A stretch of 64,000 bases of DNA, filler included, from Dirinaria sp. TL-2023a (lineage: Eukaryota), in assembly GCA_051941275.1 (NCBI GenBank). It is 5 parts of 5 records of this genome, joined end to end, with 100 filler letters (N's around TTAATTAATTAA, not from the genome) between each part and the next. Parts side by side here need not be neighbours in the genome. Positions count along the whole stretch, not along the records: positions 39,371 to 52,386 come from JAVEBF010000721.1; positions 52,487 to 64,000 come from JAVEBF010000840.1; 3 more parts are not named here. One strand, written 5' to 3'. Position 1 is the stretch's first letter; the number at the start of each line of letters is the position of its first letter. The notes below the pieces were generated by a model. That model was not told where the DNA came from, did not search any database, and saw only the letters and a program-made list of their open reading frames with translations. Both the position numbers and the translations under genes were made by a program. Shown here one piece after another: positions 50,244 through 61,734 of the stretch.

Positions 50244-51100
50244 ATGGAAGATCCAGGTAGATTTGACTCCTCACCTACGAGTCTGGACTCTGGACCAAGC
50301 ATGCCGCTAATTCCAATCCGCAGTCTCTGAAATCTCCGGTGTCATTCACCAGCTTTGCCAAAGCCCTCCCGAGAAGCAACGTGCCGCAATTGAGCGATAT
50401 TTCACTCCCACGGCGTCTTTCATACACCCGTTCTGCAGGACTGGTAGCTTCAATGGTTCCAGATGGCTTATTTGGTGCATCTACCGCTGGTATAAGATCA
50501 TGAGTCCCAGGATTGAGATGAACATAGAGAGCATTGGTATGTACCCTTCCTATATGTGCGGTTAGGCGGCTGGCATCTGCTCGAATCCATTCTTTGTGGC
50601 GACGGCAGTGCGTGGGAAATGTTTATCTGGGCTTCGGAAGATTTCCATCATCATACATGGCATCTGGCCATCCCATCCTTGCGTTGTCCAAGTCTTTGGC
50701 TTACAAACACATCAATACTCCAGCGTTCGACTCGAAGACACTCCGTTTGTATGTTACCATGCATCAGGTTTTCCGTATTTGGATCATCCCTTTCTTCAGC
50801 GCCTCAGCCACTCTTACCACACTGCTACAACTTGTTGAAGAGCCTTATCCAACACCTCATCATCCGAACAAACGGTCTCTCTACTTCATCCAGAGCCAGA
50901 ACGATCTCTATCAGGTCAATGAGTGGATCAAGTTCGTCAGTCCATTTGGAATTCTGAGTTTACTCCTGTTGACGTGGCAGCTCATTGCGACCGGGTTGTG
51001 TGTGCTTGGGGCCGTTGCCTTATGGCCCGTTACTTGGGCAGAACAGAATGTCATTGGTGGAAACGATGAAAAGTCCATTAAGGATGTGTTGCAAGGGTAA
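50244..51100 (+). CDS. fungal NTF2-like fold protein with C-terminal TM helix
   Basis: MEDP|..QRAAIERYFTPTASFIHPFC..IYRWYKIMSPRI|..FDSKTLRLYVTMHQVFRIW..YFIQSQNDLYQ. Introns about 50257-50322 and 50537-50722. Confidence 0.75.
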
Positions 51101-51465
51101 CTCCCTCGATAGATACTCACAGACAATAATTATCCTGCTGAGCTGTATATTGGATATTTAAGGTAAAATTTCCTTATGACCAACCTCGTTCATCCTGTCC
51201 GAAGAAGCTCAGAAACGATCGGTAAGACACAAGTCTAATTTGAAAGTCTTTTACATTCCTGTTTTCTTTGGTATCGCAAACGAAATGTTGGCAGCTGCTC
51301 CCGAGTGTTTGCTCGTCCGTTGGGCCGCTGTGCACATATCCGGGCGTTTGCCCTCGATTGATCGCTACTAACAAAAGTTTCACACTTCAAAGGTGCTAAA
51401 TACATGAATAAAGTTTATTTAAAGTCTTAAAGGACGATGCATATCATTGTCTCGCCTTTGCATCT

Positions 51466-52122
51466 ATGGAATTAATTACGACTCTATTAAGCCAGCAAAT
51501 CACGATGACGCGATCCAACGAGCACTTGGGGCATATTTCAAACAGTACAAACAATGTACTGGGCTCACATAATGAGCAGAGTTCTGTACAGCGCACACAA
51601 TCACATCGCAATGATCCCACGGACGCAGAAATATCAAGCCAACCCCAAGAATCTCCTGACATTGAGCATTCCCAAGTCAGCAATCTGCCAGGTTGGAGGA
51701 GCAACCTTGAGGTCTTCGCATCCGTAGATGCCTCTACTGCTACTAACGACAGTGCCGCCCTTGGAGACCCCGGCCAGATCTCCATGCCAGATGCAGAACA
51801 GATCATGCAGGTCAGGGGAGAATCCAGACGAAGAAATGCCACCTGCGACCGCCTACTGGATCAGCAACTCCATACTTGGGAGTCAGGTACATACGAGGAC
51901 GAGAGGGTTCATGAAGCAGGGAGCGCGAACAGAGCAAGAAATAGGCCCCCCGAAGCTCCTGGCCGAGAGTTGCCACTAGGTGAGACAGGGGGTAGTGGTG
52001 TATCACAAAGCAGACGGAACGCGGGTGAATTGACAATGTCTGACGAGGACGAAGACGAGCCCGGCTCGATCGGTGCTTTTCTGAACAATCGGGGCGCACG
52101 AAAACGGGGGCGACACCACTGA
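51466..52122 (+). CDS. hypothetical disordered protein
   Basis: 218-aa ORF, polar and low-complexity, basic C-terminus; no recognised domain. Confidence 0.45.
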   Translation: MELITTLLSQQITMTRSNEHLGHISNSTNNVLGSHNEQSSVQRTQSHRNDPTDAEISSQPQESPDIEHSQVSNLPGWRSNLEVFASVDASTATNDSAALGDPGQISMPDAEQIMQVRGESRRRNATCDRLLDQQLHTWESGTYEDERVHEAGSANRARNRPPEAPGRELPLGETGGSGVSQSRRNAGELTMSDEDEDEPGSIGAFLNNRGARKRGRHH

Positions 52123-52386
52123 ACAAGTCTGACATGTAAGGGAATCCAGAACGTTAAAATGAAAGGAGGAGCTCCATGCATAGATGAGAAATATTTTCAA
52201 TTACTCCTTAGACTCCATGATGACCTATTGCTACAGCTTCCCGATCAAGAAAATGGTCAAGACTGGCGAATGGGAACCTACCTTCCTCAAGTCGCAACGT
52301 CCAAGGTCCTCCGCCCTCTCCTATGCACGAATTGCATGCCTAATCCAGATTGAATGCTTAATTTATGGGTTGAATGCCTCAATGAA

Positions 52387-52486
52387 NNNNNNNNNNNNNN
52401 NNNNNNNNNNNNNNNNNNNNNNNNNNNNNNTTAATTAATTAANNNNNNNNNNNNNNNNNNNNNNNNNNNNNNNNNNNNNNNNNNNN
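52387..52486. other. artificial contig-joining linker
   Basis: N44-TTAATTAATTAA-N44. Confidence 0.97.
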
Positions 52487-52949
52487 ACTCCAACCCCGCT
52501 GAGAGCCGCCTCGGCCACCCCATTAATACATTCGTTTGCGGGGTGCGGAGTAAGCCACGACCCTTAACTCAGACGAGCAAGAATATCCCGTTCTGCGCCG
52601 TGTGCCCCCGCCAAATCCGAAAGATCCTGGACACTACTTCACCCACTCTCGTGATGCGATGAGGCTTGTTTTCGAGGGGTTATTTTATTTCCGTAGTAGA
52701 ACCGGTGGGAAAAGATGAGGTTGGTAGTAAGTCAGGTAGCTGTTCCGGATTTGGGCGGGGTTGACGGTGCGAGAGGGTCTATGTGTACCTAGGTAGGTAC
52801 TGCAGAATCTGAGTACTGGTTCTTTACCGATATCGAGAAAAATCTTTATAGACCGTAGAACAGCGGTAGAAGAAGCTAATGAGAAACTCGACAAGGAAAG
52901 CGTTCTGTTATTTTGCGCAATCTCGTGTCTCAAGACTGTTGGGGATGAG

Positions 52950-53400
52950 CTGTGTCAAGCTCTCAACAGTGATGCTCTTCTCCAACAATGTCACGAACGA
53001 GGACATCCATCTTCAACGCTTGAAAAACAAATGTCTTAAGTTCCGCTGCGAGCATCGAGTCTACCCCAAATTCGCCCAGCGTTTGTTTTAGACTTACATT
53101 CTCTATCGGCAGGAGGATGAGGTTCGATGTTTTCTTCACCACAATTGCGCGCACTGCATCCAGCATTGCTTGGCTATCTTCTCGGGCAGTTTCGACGCAA
53201 CTGCAACAGGACCGTTACTATTATCATCTCGTCCATGAGTACTGCGAGCGAAGGCTGCCGAGAACAATGAGGCACGTGGATCCAGCAAGACATGATTCAC
53301 GCCTTCAAAGCGGGTGACCACTCGAAAATCCCGGCCAGCCATGAGAGGATGTGACGTCCGTGGAAGAGATCCTGGTCTCAAACGGGCATCACTACCCCTT
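52950..53400 (-). pseudogene. relic C-terminus (post-KR linker plus ACP) of a highly reducing polyketide synthase
   Basis: LLDPRASLF in one frame; SNLILLP...LGEFGVDSMLAAELKTFVFQALKMDV (phosphopantetheine GxDS motif) in another frame. No upstream PKS domains in the contig. Confidence 0.75.
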
Positions 53401-53613
53401 TCTCAGTAATGAGATGTGCTCTGAGTTTGCTCATGGGCAAGCGGAGAACACCAGACCTATGAGAATGTCAATCGCAGTACGGCAAAGCTCAAATTGCGTC
53501 AAATTCCCCTTGATACAGATGAAACCCGACTCGTATTTAGAAAAACGAGGATCCAAAAATTCGGCCTGCCTTTTTACTGGCATTTTCGTCTCTCCACTCG
53601 ATTGCATCTCATC

Positions 53614-54750
53614 ATGGCAGTCGTCCATTTCCAAGAGAGTCGACAGCCCGAGTTGATCACGCTCTGCACGATCATGTTAACTTTTTCGCTGGTGGCAGTT
53701 ATTTTGGGCTGTTGGCTCGTGTACGTCTCACCGAAGCATCGTTTGGGGTTCGACGATATCTTTGCGATATTGACTTTGGTAAGTGATTCACACTGACGCC
53801 TGCCCTTGGTAGCCTGCCACCTCTCTGTGCACTGGCACGCCTGGACATAGAAACAACGCTTAATCAAGCAAGCGAGCAGTTCGACGGACTGTTTCTCGTG
53901 ATGCTCTCGCTGTTGTCCATCGATTCAATATTGACGAGGCTAGTGCCGGCCTTACCAAAGCCTTTTATTATCGCCGAATCCTCCCTCATGTTTTGGTGGA
54001 TTACTCTTGGCCTCGGCCGTCATGCATCAGCCTTAATCCCAAAGAATGTGCTCGAGGGCCGAAAGATAATATTCGCAGCCGCTTTCCTTTACGACGCTTG
54101 CATTTCGTTGCCCAAATTTTCAGCCCTTTTTTTTTTTACTACCGAATTTTCGCGAAAACGAATCGCCGGTTTTATATTGCGCTGTGGACGGTTGGGAGCT
54201 TCAATACTGCGTGGCTAATCTCCGCCTGGTTCTTAACTCTGTTCCAATGCCAACCCGTCCAGAAGGCGTGGACGAAATGTAGAAACAGGTCACTGCTTCT
54301 CGCAGTGGAGTTTGTTTCTCGGAACCGCTCTTCTGAGCACGATCATTGACTTATGCATACTAGTCATGCCGCTGCCGATCCCGTGAGATTTGCAGACCAG
54401 CAGAAATAGGAAGCTTCTGACAACGGGGATTTTCATTTGCGGATACTGGTGGGCCGAAGAACGATCGCAAGTAAAGCCATTAGGGGCGATCGAGACAATT
54501 GTTCAACTAGTGTCATGATTGTCTCCATCGGGGGCCTGGTAACCCTTGCCAAAACCGGTTCCGCATTGGAGGTAGACCTCACATGGTCCACAATCACTTA
54601 TATTGAGTAGGTTCAGTGCGAAGGCCCCGTATCGGTCATCTCCGTGCGCCTGCCGAATATTTTCAACCTTTACAAACTTATCAATATACATGGTTTCGAT
54701 AGTGTACTCAAGGGTCGAATTGGTCGAATTACTGCGAAAGCAAGACCCTA
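53614..54750 (+). pseudogene. PTH11-like (rhodopsin-domain) membrane protein, disrupted
   Basis: GFDDIFA, LGLGRH, ISLPKFSALFF, then a frameshift in the T-run at about 54127-54137, QCQP, a second shift near 54285, and stop in MPLPIP*. Confidence 0.7.
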
Positions 54751-55128
54751 TTCCCCGGGGTCCCCGAAATCTACCGGTGCGTTTATTCGGATGGACAGGT
54801 ACCCTCAGAATGTACGGAGCGGATTGGAGGAAAACCCGGAAATGCTGCCAGAATAGGAGCTTAATCAAGGCCTTTCATTTGTGGAGTGGACCACTTGGAT
54901 TCTACGGTACAATATATTCCTAAGATCCATGTCAGTGACTGAACATTTAACGGCATCAGAGCTTGATGGGGAAGGGTTCATTGTCGGCAAGCATGGAAGC
55001 CTCTCCGACTAGAGTTGTCAAATTTGCAACTGCTGTACCAAAAGAATCTAACTCACAATTGCAAGTATAAGAAGTACACACAATTCAAAGTATTTTACAG
55101 CCCAACGTTCTTAAGATAACAGAAGCTT

Positions 55129-56490
55129 CTAATCCTGCATAGCAAGCTCATGCAGTAGGATCCTTTTTACGCTGTGTAGAAACTCGGTCGTGTCCCCCTC
55201 ATCATGGAAGCTGGCGTTATAAACGAGATTGAGATTTAGCTGATTTCGAAAAGTCCAAACAAGACAGACACACTGCCTCGTCAGGATCTCAACTCCAACA
55301 GACACACTCTGGACCTCCAATCCCATATCTGAGGAACCTTTAAATCGTGCGATCAATTTTTCAGCGATACCAATGCTGCTGATATCAACATCGCTGGGAG
55401 GATCTCCGCCTTGTGGCATGTTACGGATTAGTTCTCCTAGGGCAAGTGCATACTGTCTGTGGGAGTTGATGTACTCATCGTTCAAGCCTTTGCGGTACTC
55501 CTCGTTGTAGGCTTTCGCATGATCGACCCATGAGGCTGACGCTGGAATGGTCTTCATCCACCCCGTGGTATAAAGGCCGCTTGCATATGCAGGAGTACTG
55601 TATGGTTTAGGTAGATATGGCCGTAAGCTGAATCGAATAGTGCTTGTGTAGTGCTTTTGTTTGTTATCTTTCAACGCAAGAGCTCGGTTCGCTGCGGCAA
55701 CAGAAGCATGAAGAGCAGAAGACACCGAGAAACCTCTCATCCTGCATTGATCGACGATACCAAGAGTTTCGGTGGCGTCGAAAGTTAAGTGAGTGGACCG
55801 CGTGCCGCTTGGTATTGTGGAAGCGTTGCCCTTGTAAGGAATGCCTATCGCGTCAGAAGCCTGATAGAAAGTCTCCGCATATCCTTGTGCGATGCTTTTG
55901 ATCGCGTCCGTAGGCATAGTAGGCATTCCTGCTGCACTCTCAACCGCCGGAGCAAGGCGCGGCACCTCTTGACCCCATGCAAGACTATCAGGATCTGGAA
56001 GCATGGGCGATACAGCGAGGTCAAGGAATGCATCGATTAGGAGTAGTATACCTACGCCATCTGTCCGCCAATGCGCCGTGTGAAATAAGATCTGATTAGA
56101 CTGCGGTAGAAGTATGAGCATTGCATAGGGACTGGGCTTGAAGTCGTGAATAAGATCATCGGCAGTCTTTTCCGTGACGACATCAAATGTTTCAGCAGTC
56201 CACTGGTCCAGAGCTGCTCCGTCTGGGACTGTATACTCAAGCGTTTTGTCGTCGGTAGCATATGCAGCAATGCTTGGGTGGTGAAAGCGTAGAATTTTCC
56301 ATACTCTCGCAAAGAGAACCGGTAGGTCTTGCTGTGCCAGTGATCCTCTAGGCGTAAAGGATGCAACGGCGTTAATAGCCCAGTGCTCACGGTTGAGAAG
56401 ATGGCCAGGGTCTCCAACCAATTTGATGAAAGTTTCATTTTCGCCAATGGTTCGCTGGAACCTGCCGGGAGCAACGGCTGACCAAGACAT
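55129..56490 (-). CDS. CoA-dependent O-acyltransferase, Tri3/CAT-like superfamily
   Basis: 453-aa intronless ORF. WKILRFHHPSIA, catalytic HxxxDG (HWRTDGVG), ISSIG, VWTFRNQLNLNLVYNASFH. Confidence 0.8.
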   Translation of the reverse strand: MSWSAVAPGRFQRTIGENETFIKLVGDPGHLLNREHWAINAVASFTPRGSLAQQDLPVLFARVWKILRFHHPSIAAYATDDKTLEYTVPDGAALDQWTAETFDVVTEKTADDLIHDFKPSPYAMLILLPQSNQILFHTAHWRTDGVGILLLIDAFLDLAVSPMLPDPDSLAWGQEVPRLAPAVESAAGMPTMPTDAIKSIAQGYAETFYQASDAIGIPYKGNASTIPSGTRSTHLTFDATETLGIVDQCRMRGFSVSSALHASVAAANRALALKDNKQKHYTSTIRFSLRPYLPKPYSTPAYASGLYTTGWMKTIPASASWVDHAKAYNEEYRKGLNDEYINSHRQYALALGELIRNMPQGGDPPSDVDISSIGIAEKLIARFKGSSDMGLEVQSVSVGVEILTRQCVCLVWTFRNQLNLNLVYNASFHDEGDTTEFLHSVKRILLHELAMQD

Positions 56491-57330
56491 TGTGAAGAGC
56501 TGTTACAAGGTTGGAAGTGAGCCTTGTGGTTTTCAGCGTGGTGTAGTTGCTGGAGACTGATTCTGTGCTCTTGTGTACTGAAGAAAGACTGTAAATGCAA
56601 GGTATGAATAGCTCGAGGAATGAATTGAAGGTGTGAGGCATTGAGATACCTTACCGTTGAGGGACTCTTATCACCTTACCTTACCTACGGTAGACTACCT
56701 TAGTTCTTACCCTACAGCCCGAATACCTAAGGATGGATGCCTTGCGTATCTCGGTATGCCCGAGAAGCAGGCTCGGCAAGTCCGTAGATGTTCGCAAAGG
56801 CCGAAGCCGAACGTGTGTCTCCGGCAGAGCTGGGAAATCGGTGCAGACATTTTTTCCGAAAACTACATAATATAGGGACAGGGGGAACATCCACGGCGCC
56901 GTAATATGGCGGGGTCGGGCATCCTCCTTTGATTATAGATAGGCAATTTCAGGTTTGAGATGACTTTCTGGAGGTGAACTGGGCCTGTGTATGTGTATTT
57001 GTGCTCAATTGCCTAAAACTAGAGGAAGAACTTTCGTGGGCAAATACCCGGGGTATGCCGACTAATATAAAAATCTAACCACTTTAGTCAAACCATCCTT
57101 GGCATTTTGTTAGTGGTGGTGAGTTTTCTGCCTTACAGTAGTAGAAACTTCTGATTTCTCGTTACAGGAAGGCCAAGACTCCATGTAGTTCCTAAGGTAC
57201 AGTACCTAGCCTCGGTACCTCACAGTTCTAAGCTACCTTTCCCTCATATTATTTACGCTTCTAGCTAAAGCTGGCATTCCATCGTTCAAAATTTAAAGAG
57301 AGATCCTGGAACGGTGTGATAGTTTGAGAA

Positions 57331-58498
57331 ATGGACCTTGATGGGGTAGCTCTTGTTGCAGGCGCAGGTAGGACTGTTCTCAGGACCATTTTTCACCCCC
57401 GACAATTTGGTTGCTGCTACCGATAACCAAAGCTGCTCTTATTCAAAATTGAATAGGAGGCAAATCCTCCGCTGACACCGTGATAGGAAGCGGTATTGGG
57501 CGCGAAGTTGCCTTGACTCTCGCTTCTCATGGAGCAACCGCATTGATTTGCGCGGACATCAAATTCGAAACTGCAGAACAGACCGCTGAGATGAGCAAGT
57601 CTGGCCAAGGGCCCCGGGCTGCTGGGTTCAAGGCGCAAGCTTTGCAAGTCGACGTGAAAGACGAGAAAAGCGTTCAGCAAATGGTTCAGGACGCACACTC
57701 TCTTTTCGGCCGGATAGACTATTTTGTAAACACGGCTGGTGTAAGTGCTTTACACGCAGAGCATCGGATTCCCCTGAGCCAAGCGTGCAACAGTTCAGTC
57801 CTACATAGCCTCTTACGATATCGTCTTTTGACGTCGAGTTCCTCACTAATCTCATGACTGACGCTGTGCTTGAGGATCTAGTACGGCGCAGCTGGCCAGA
57901 AAAACCTAAGTTCAATGACTCTTGATGACTACCGGAGTATGAACGAAGTTCACAACATAGGTTCTTTCTTGTGTGTGCGAACAGTTCTTCAAACCATGCT
58001 CCAGCAAGAGCCTAGAAGTATGCCGATCACTGGTCGGTCCACGAAAACCTTGTCCAGGCATATGAGCAGAGGCTCGGTTGTCATTCTGACATCGCTAGCA
58101 TCGGAAGGAGCGGTTCTAGGCGTAGGGAACTACATTGCAGCAAAGCATGCAGTCAAAGGCCTAGTGCAAACCGCAGGTAAGGGTGCGGCTTTGGCGCGGA
58201 GGACGGGCTGACACGCGTTCGAAAAGCAATTGAGAATGCACGCAAGAGTATCCGGATCAATGCGGTCGCGCCCTCGTATGTGTCAGGTCCTATGATGGAT
58301 AAATTCATGGACGACGTCCCAGGACTCAGAGATGCAATGGAGAGCAGCCTCGCGTTAGGACGTCTTGCGGACCCGGGAGAAGTTGCAGATGCCGTCGCGT
58401 TCCTCTGCTCTGCTTCGGCAAGCTATATCAATGGCCACACGTTGGTCTTGGATGGAGGCTCTTCGCTGCAATTAGCAAATACGCCATTCAGTGATTGA
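57331..58498 (+). CDS. short-chain dehydrogenase/reductase (SDR), multi-exon
   Basis: VALVAGA|GSGIG (Rossmann), GRIDYFVNTAG, YIAAKHAV (YxxxK), IRINAVAP, YINGHTLVLDGG. Confidence 0.9.
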
Positions 58499-59052
58499 GT
58501 TCACGCAGGCATTATTACGTTATGCATTGCTTGATAGCTGCCGTAAGGTAAAATCGACTTATGGGAACTCCACCTCCCAGATATATTGGTCGATTTCTGT
58601 GGAGGATCAAGAATGTATATATATATATGTCCACCGTCTTACTGTTCATAGGTAAGCAACAACTCAGGGGAAATAATACCTACCTACCCTACATCAGTTC
58701 TTACCCCTAAAAACCCCGGATTTCCCTACAAAATAGCATAAGGCGAACTCACTAGTCCTAGATCCTAGAGAGGTTCCAGCGTATTGATTGAGATTAACGT
58801 TGAGCTGGTCTTAACGAAACAAAGTTCATATTAGACCAAGGCTGCTTTCTCCTCACATGATGAATATAGAGTTCGAAGTGAACTCTTATTTACAAGTTAA
58901 AAAAAAAAAAGTTGTCGCTGGTTTTAGATAGACATTAGTTTGAAGATCGAAGAAGGTGATCAAAATAGGAAGACTTCTTTCTTTTGGAACGTTTTATCAC
59001 AAGTCTTTTCCCCCCTCTTTTTCTTTTTTTTTTTTTCAAACCTAAGTATCAG

Positions 59053-60511
59053 TCAGTTGACCCAGCTCCCGAAATACGTCGACCCCCATCCTTCAAACAC
59101 CCCGTCATTCCAACCGATCATCGCGCCTCTGAGGCCCGCTGTGCCCAGCTCCCCTTCCCACACGGTCGGCACGCCGGCATCGACCACCACCCAGATCCTC
59201 TGCCCGATGCCCGGCGGCAGGTTCGTACTATAAAATACGCCAAACACCAGCAGAAGCCCCAGCACCGCGATGCCGCTGAACATCGTGAACCACGGTCTGC
59301 GCATCTTCACGCCTCTCCACCTCGTGGTCCCGCTCACCAGGCTGAGGACAGCGATATCCAGCACCTCCAGCGCCAGAGAGATCGATGTCCCCGTCACAGT
59401 GGCGCGGAGCCAGGACATTTGCTGTGTGCCGGGGATCAGGATGCACCCGACGCCTTTGGAGAAGGTTTGCTGGATGGGGAAGAGGGAGCAGTTGCCGTCG
59501 AGGACGGCGATGCCGAACGGAGCGAAGACCGGAGAGCACCATGAGACGCGGGGTGTAGGGAGGTGAGTGTGGTGAAGGGCGCGAGCGAGGCCGAGTATCT
59601 GGAGGACAAGCACGGCCACGAGCAGGAGCAGAGCTGAGAGGCAAGCGTAGAAAGGCCTGGATCTTAGCAAAGTGGGTCCACGAGGGTCTGCTTGTGGTGT
59701 ACTAGTGCTAGAGCTGCTGGAGGTTGTAGAGGGATCTGGATCTGAGCAGGGTGGACTTGGCTTTACACCGAGTACGAGTATTTGCTTGTGATCGGGTTGA
59801 GTTGGAGCTGTGAGTAATGACTGTCTCCTTTCCTCGGCTTCGAGAGCTGGCTTCTCAAGGTCTAATCATGATGAGTATTGAACCTCCTCGCTCACTCAGG
59901 CTGGAAGCATACCAGAACCACGGCGTCGCTGTAAGATTTTTCCCAAAGGCAGCTTCCAGCCTCTTCCCTTCAACTCCGCGAGTTCTTTCCCGCAGCCGCC
60001 AAAGACATTGTGCCCTTCATTGACTAAAAAGAGAACCTGCGCCATACTCCCAGCATCAATAACGAGCATCAGTGGCGTCCAAGTCAGGATCTTATCGGCC
60101 TGGAATCTTGTTGAAGAGTAAGCTTGGGCGGTCACGATGACGGTGAACAGCGTCGAGATTAAGCACCAAGTCTGCACGGTCTCCCACCGCACCACGCGAA
60201 TAATCACCACGGGAACGTGTATGATCAAGATCACTGCCGTGTAGATATAAGGAAGCAGCGCACCGCCTTGAAAGGGTCAGTCAAGCTACATAGCCGCTCG
60301 GGAGCCGAAAGCGAATACCAATGTCTGGACGCAGGTACCAGGAAGCGCTGAGCGATTTGATGGGCTGGTTGAGGACTTGCGACCAAGTGACACCTGAGTC
60401 TGCAATAGTGGCGTTCGCATCAAGAGGGCAGAGATCAAGAAAGCTTGATGCGACGGCAACGTTGTAGGAAAACAAGAGAGAGAGAACGATCAGAGCAGAC
60501 GGTCTAGCCAT
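59053..60511 (-). CDS. multi-pass membrane protein with signal peptide, unknown function, 3 exons
   Basis: Removing introns at about 60318-60267 and 59912-59862 joins the three listed ORFs in frame; several TM segments. Confidence 0.7.
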
Positions 60512-61734
60512 AGGAGCAATCCAGTACTGAGCCTTGGATGAACTGCGAGGAAGCAGTAATGAGAAAGTTGATGGTAAAAAAAAATCTAGAGGAGGCAGAA
60601 TTTTGAGGTGCCCTCAGATTACCGTTTGGACTTATAGAGGAGTCCACCCATCTGTCTTGAAGTTGCGGCTACAGATCGTGACTTCGAGCTTCTGTGTCTG
60701 AACCCCGCTACATCATGACCTATGACCCAACACGACCAGAAGTGAGGCTGGCGGAGTGATAGCGTCTTTCGAATAGACCCAAAAGGAAATCGGTCTGCCT
60801 TGCCAGTGCGCCTACATTTGCACGCCATCGCTTATCGACAGCGGACGCAATACCATTGGGCTTGAAGACAAACAATACATTAGCGCTTTGAGATTGAGAT
60901 TCTAGATCTGAACGAGGCCAATCAGTGTATCTGCATCATCTGGGAGACAATGTGGAACATTTCTTTAGGGCGTCGCGGTGGGAGATCAAGTACGATGCCA
61001 AGAAGTCTGCGTCTTTCTGCACAGCTTCTAGAAGCGCCAAGCCCCAGCTTTTGAAGATGAAGCGGGGATGAGGGCGGAGGCTGTGCCCTGGATCTTCAGC
61101 CGCCCAAGGTTCATGGTGTTGGATAGTGTCGATGGTACGGTGCCCAATGATTCTTTTCTGGACTGATCGGAGGATTGGCATTGCTTGAAAGAAGATGGTA
61201 CATTGCTTTTTGAGTGAGAATACCCTAGTATAGGTATTGTATAGGAAATCAACCTTCGACCAGACGCATATCAACAGCATGAGAGTCTCGAGGAGAGAGA
61301 AGGGTATATGCCTTAACCTTATGCATCGAACCTTGGCTGCATTAGAATTCCTATTTAGGTCTTAACAGAGACCTTCTAAGAGGACCATGAGCTCAGGCAG
61401 GGTAAGGGACTCAGATGGCAAATCCAACACAAAGCGGTGCACCGCGCCTTTCATCTCGCTACTCTAACCAGAAGAGACTTGTCAGCTTCTCATCCATCCG
61501 ATCGCTTGCCCTGCTTCAACCCTTTCGCACGCTATGCCCGGAATCAGAAGAGGACGACACACCCATCCACCCATGAAAGCAGCGAAAGGTATGGTAAGAA
61601 AAGGACCTCAGCCACGACGCTTTGCGCGTAGCATTCAAAAGGGGTATTACACGAAATAAAACATACAGGCAGCCTCCCCCTCTCTTGCTGTAGAAGAAAA
61701 AAATGAAGTAAACGGGTCCCATAATATGCACAGG

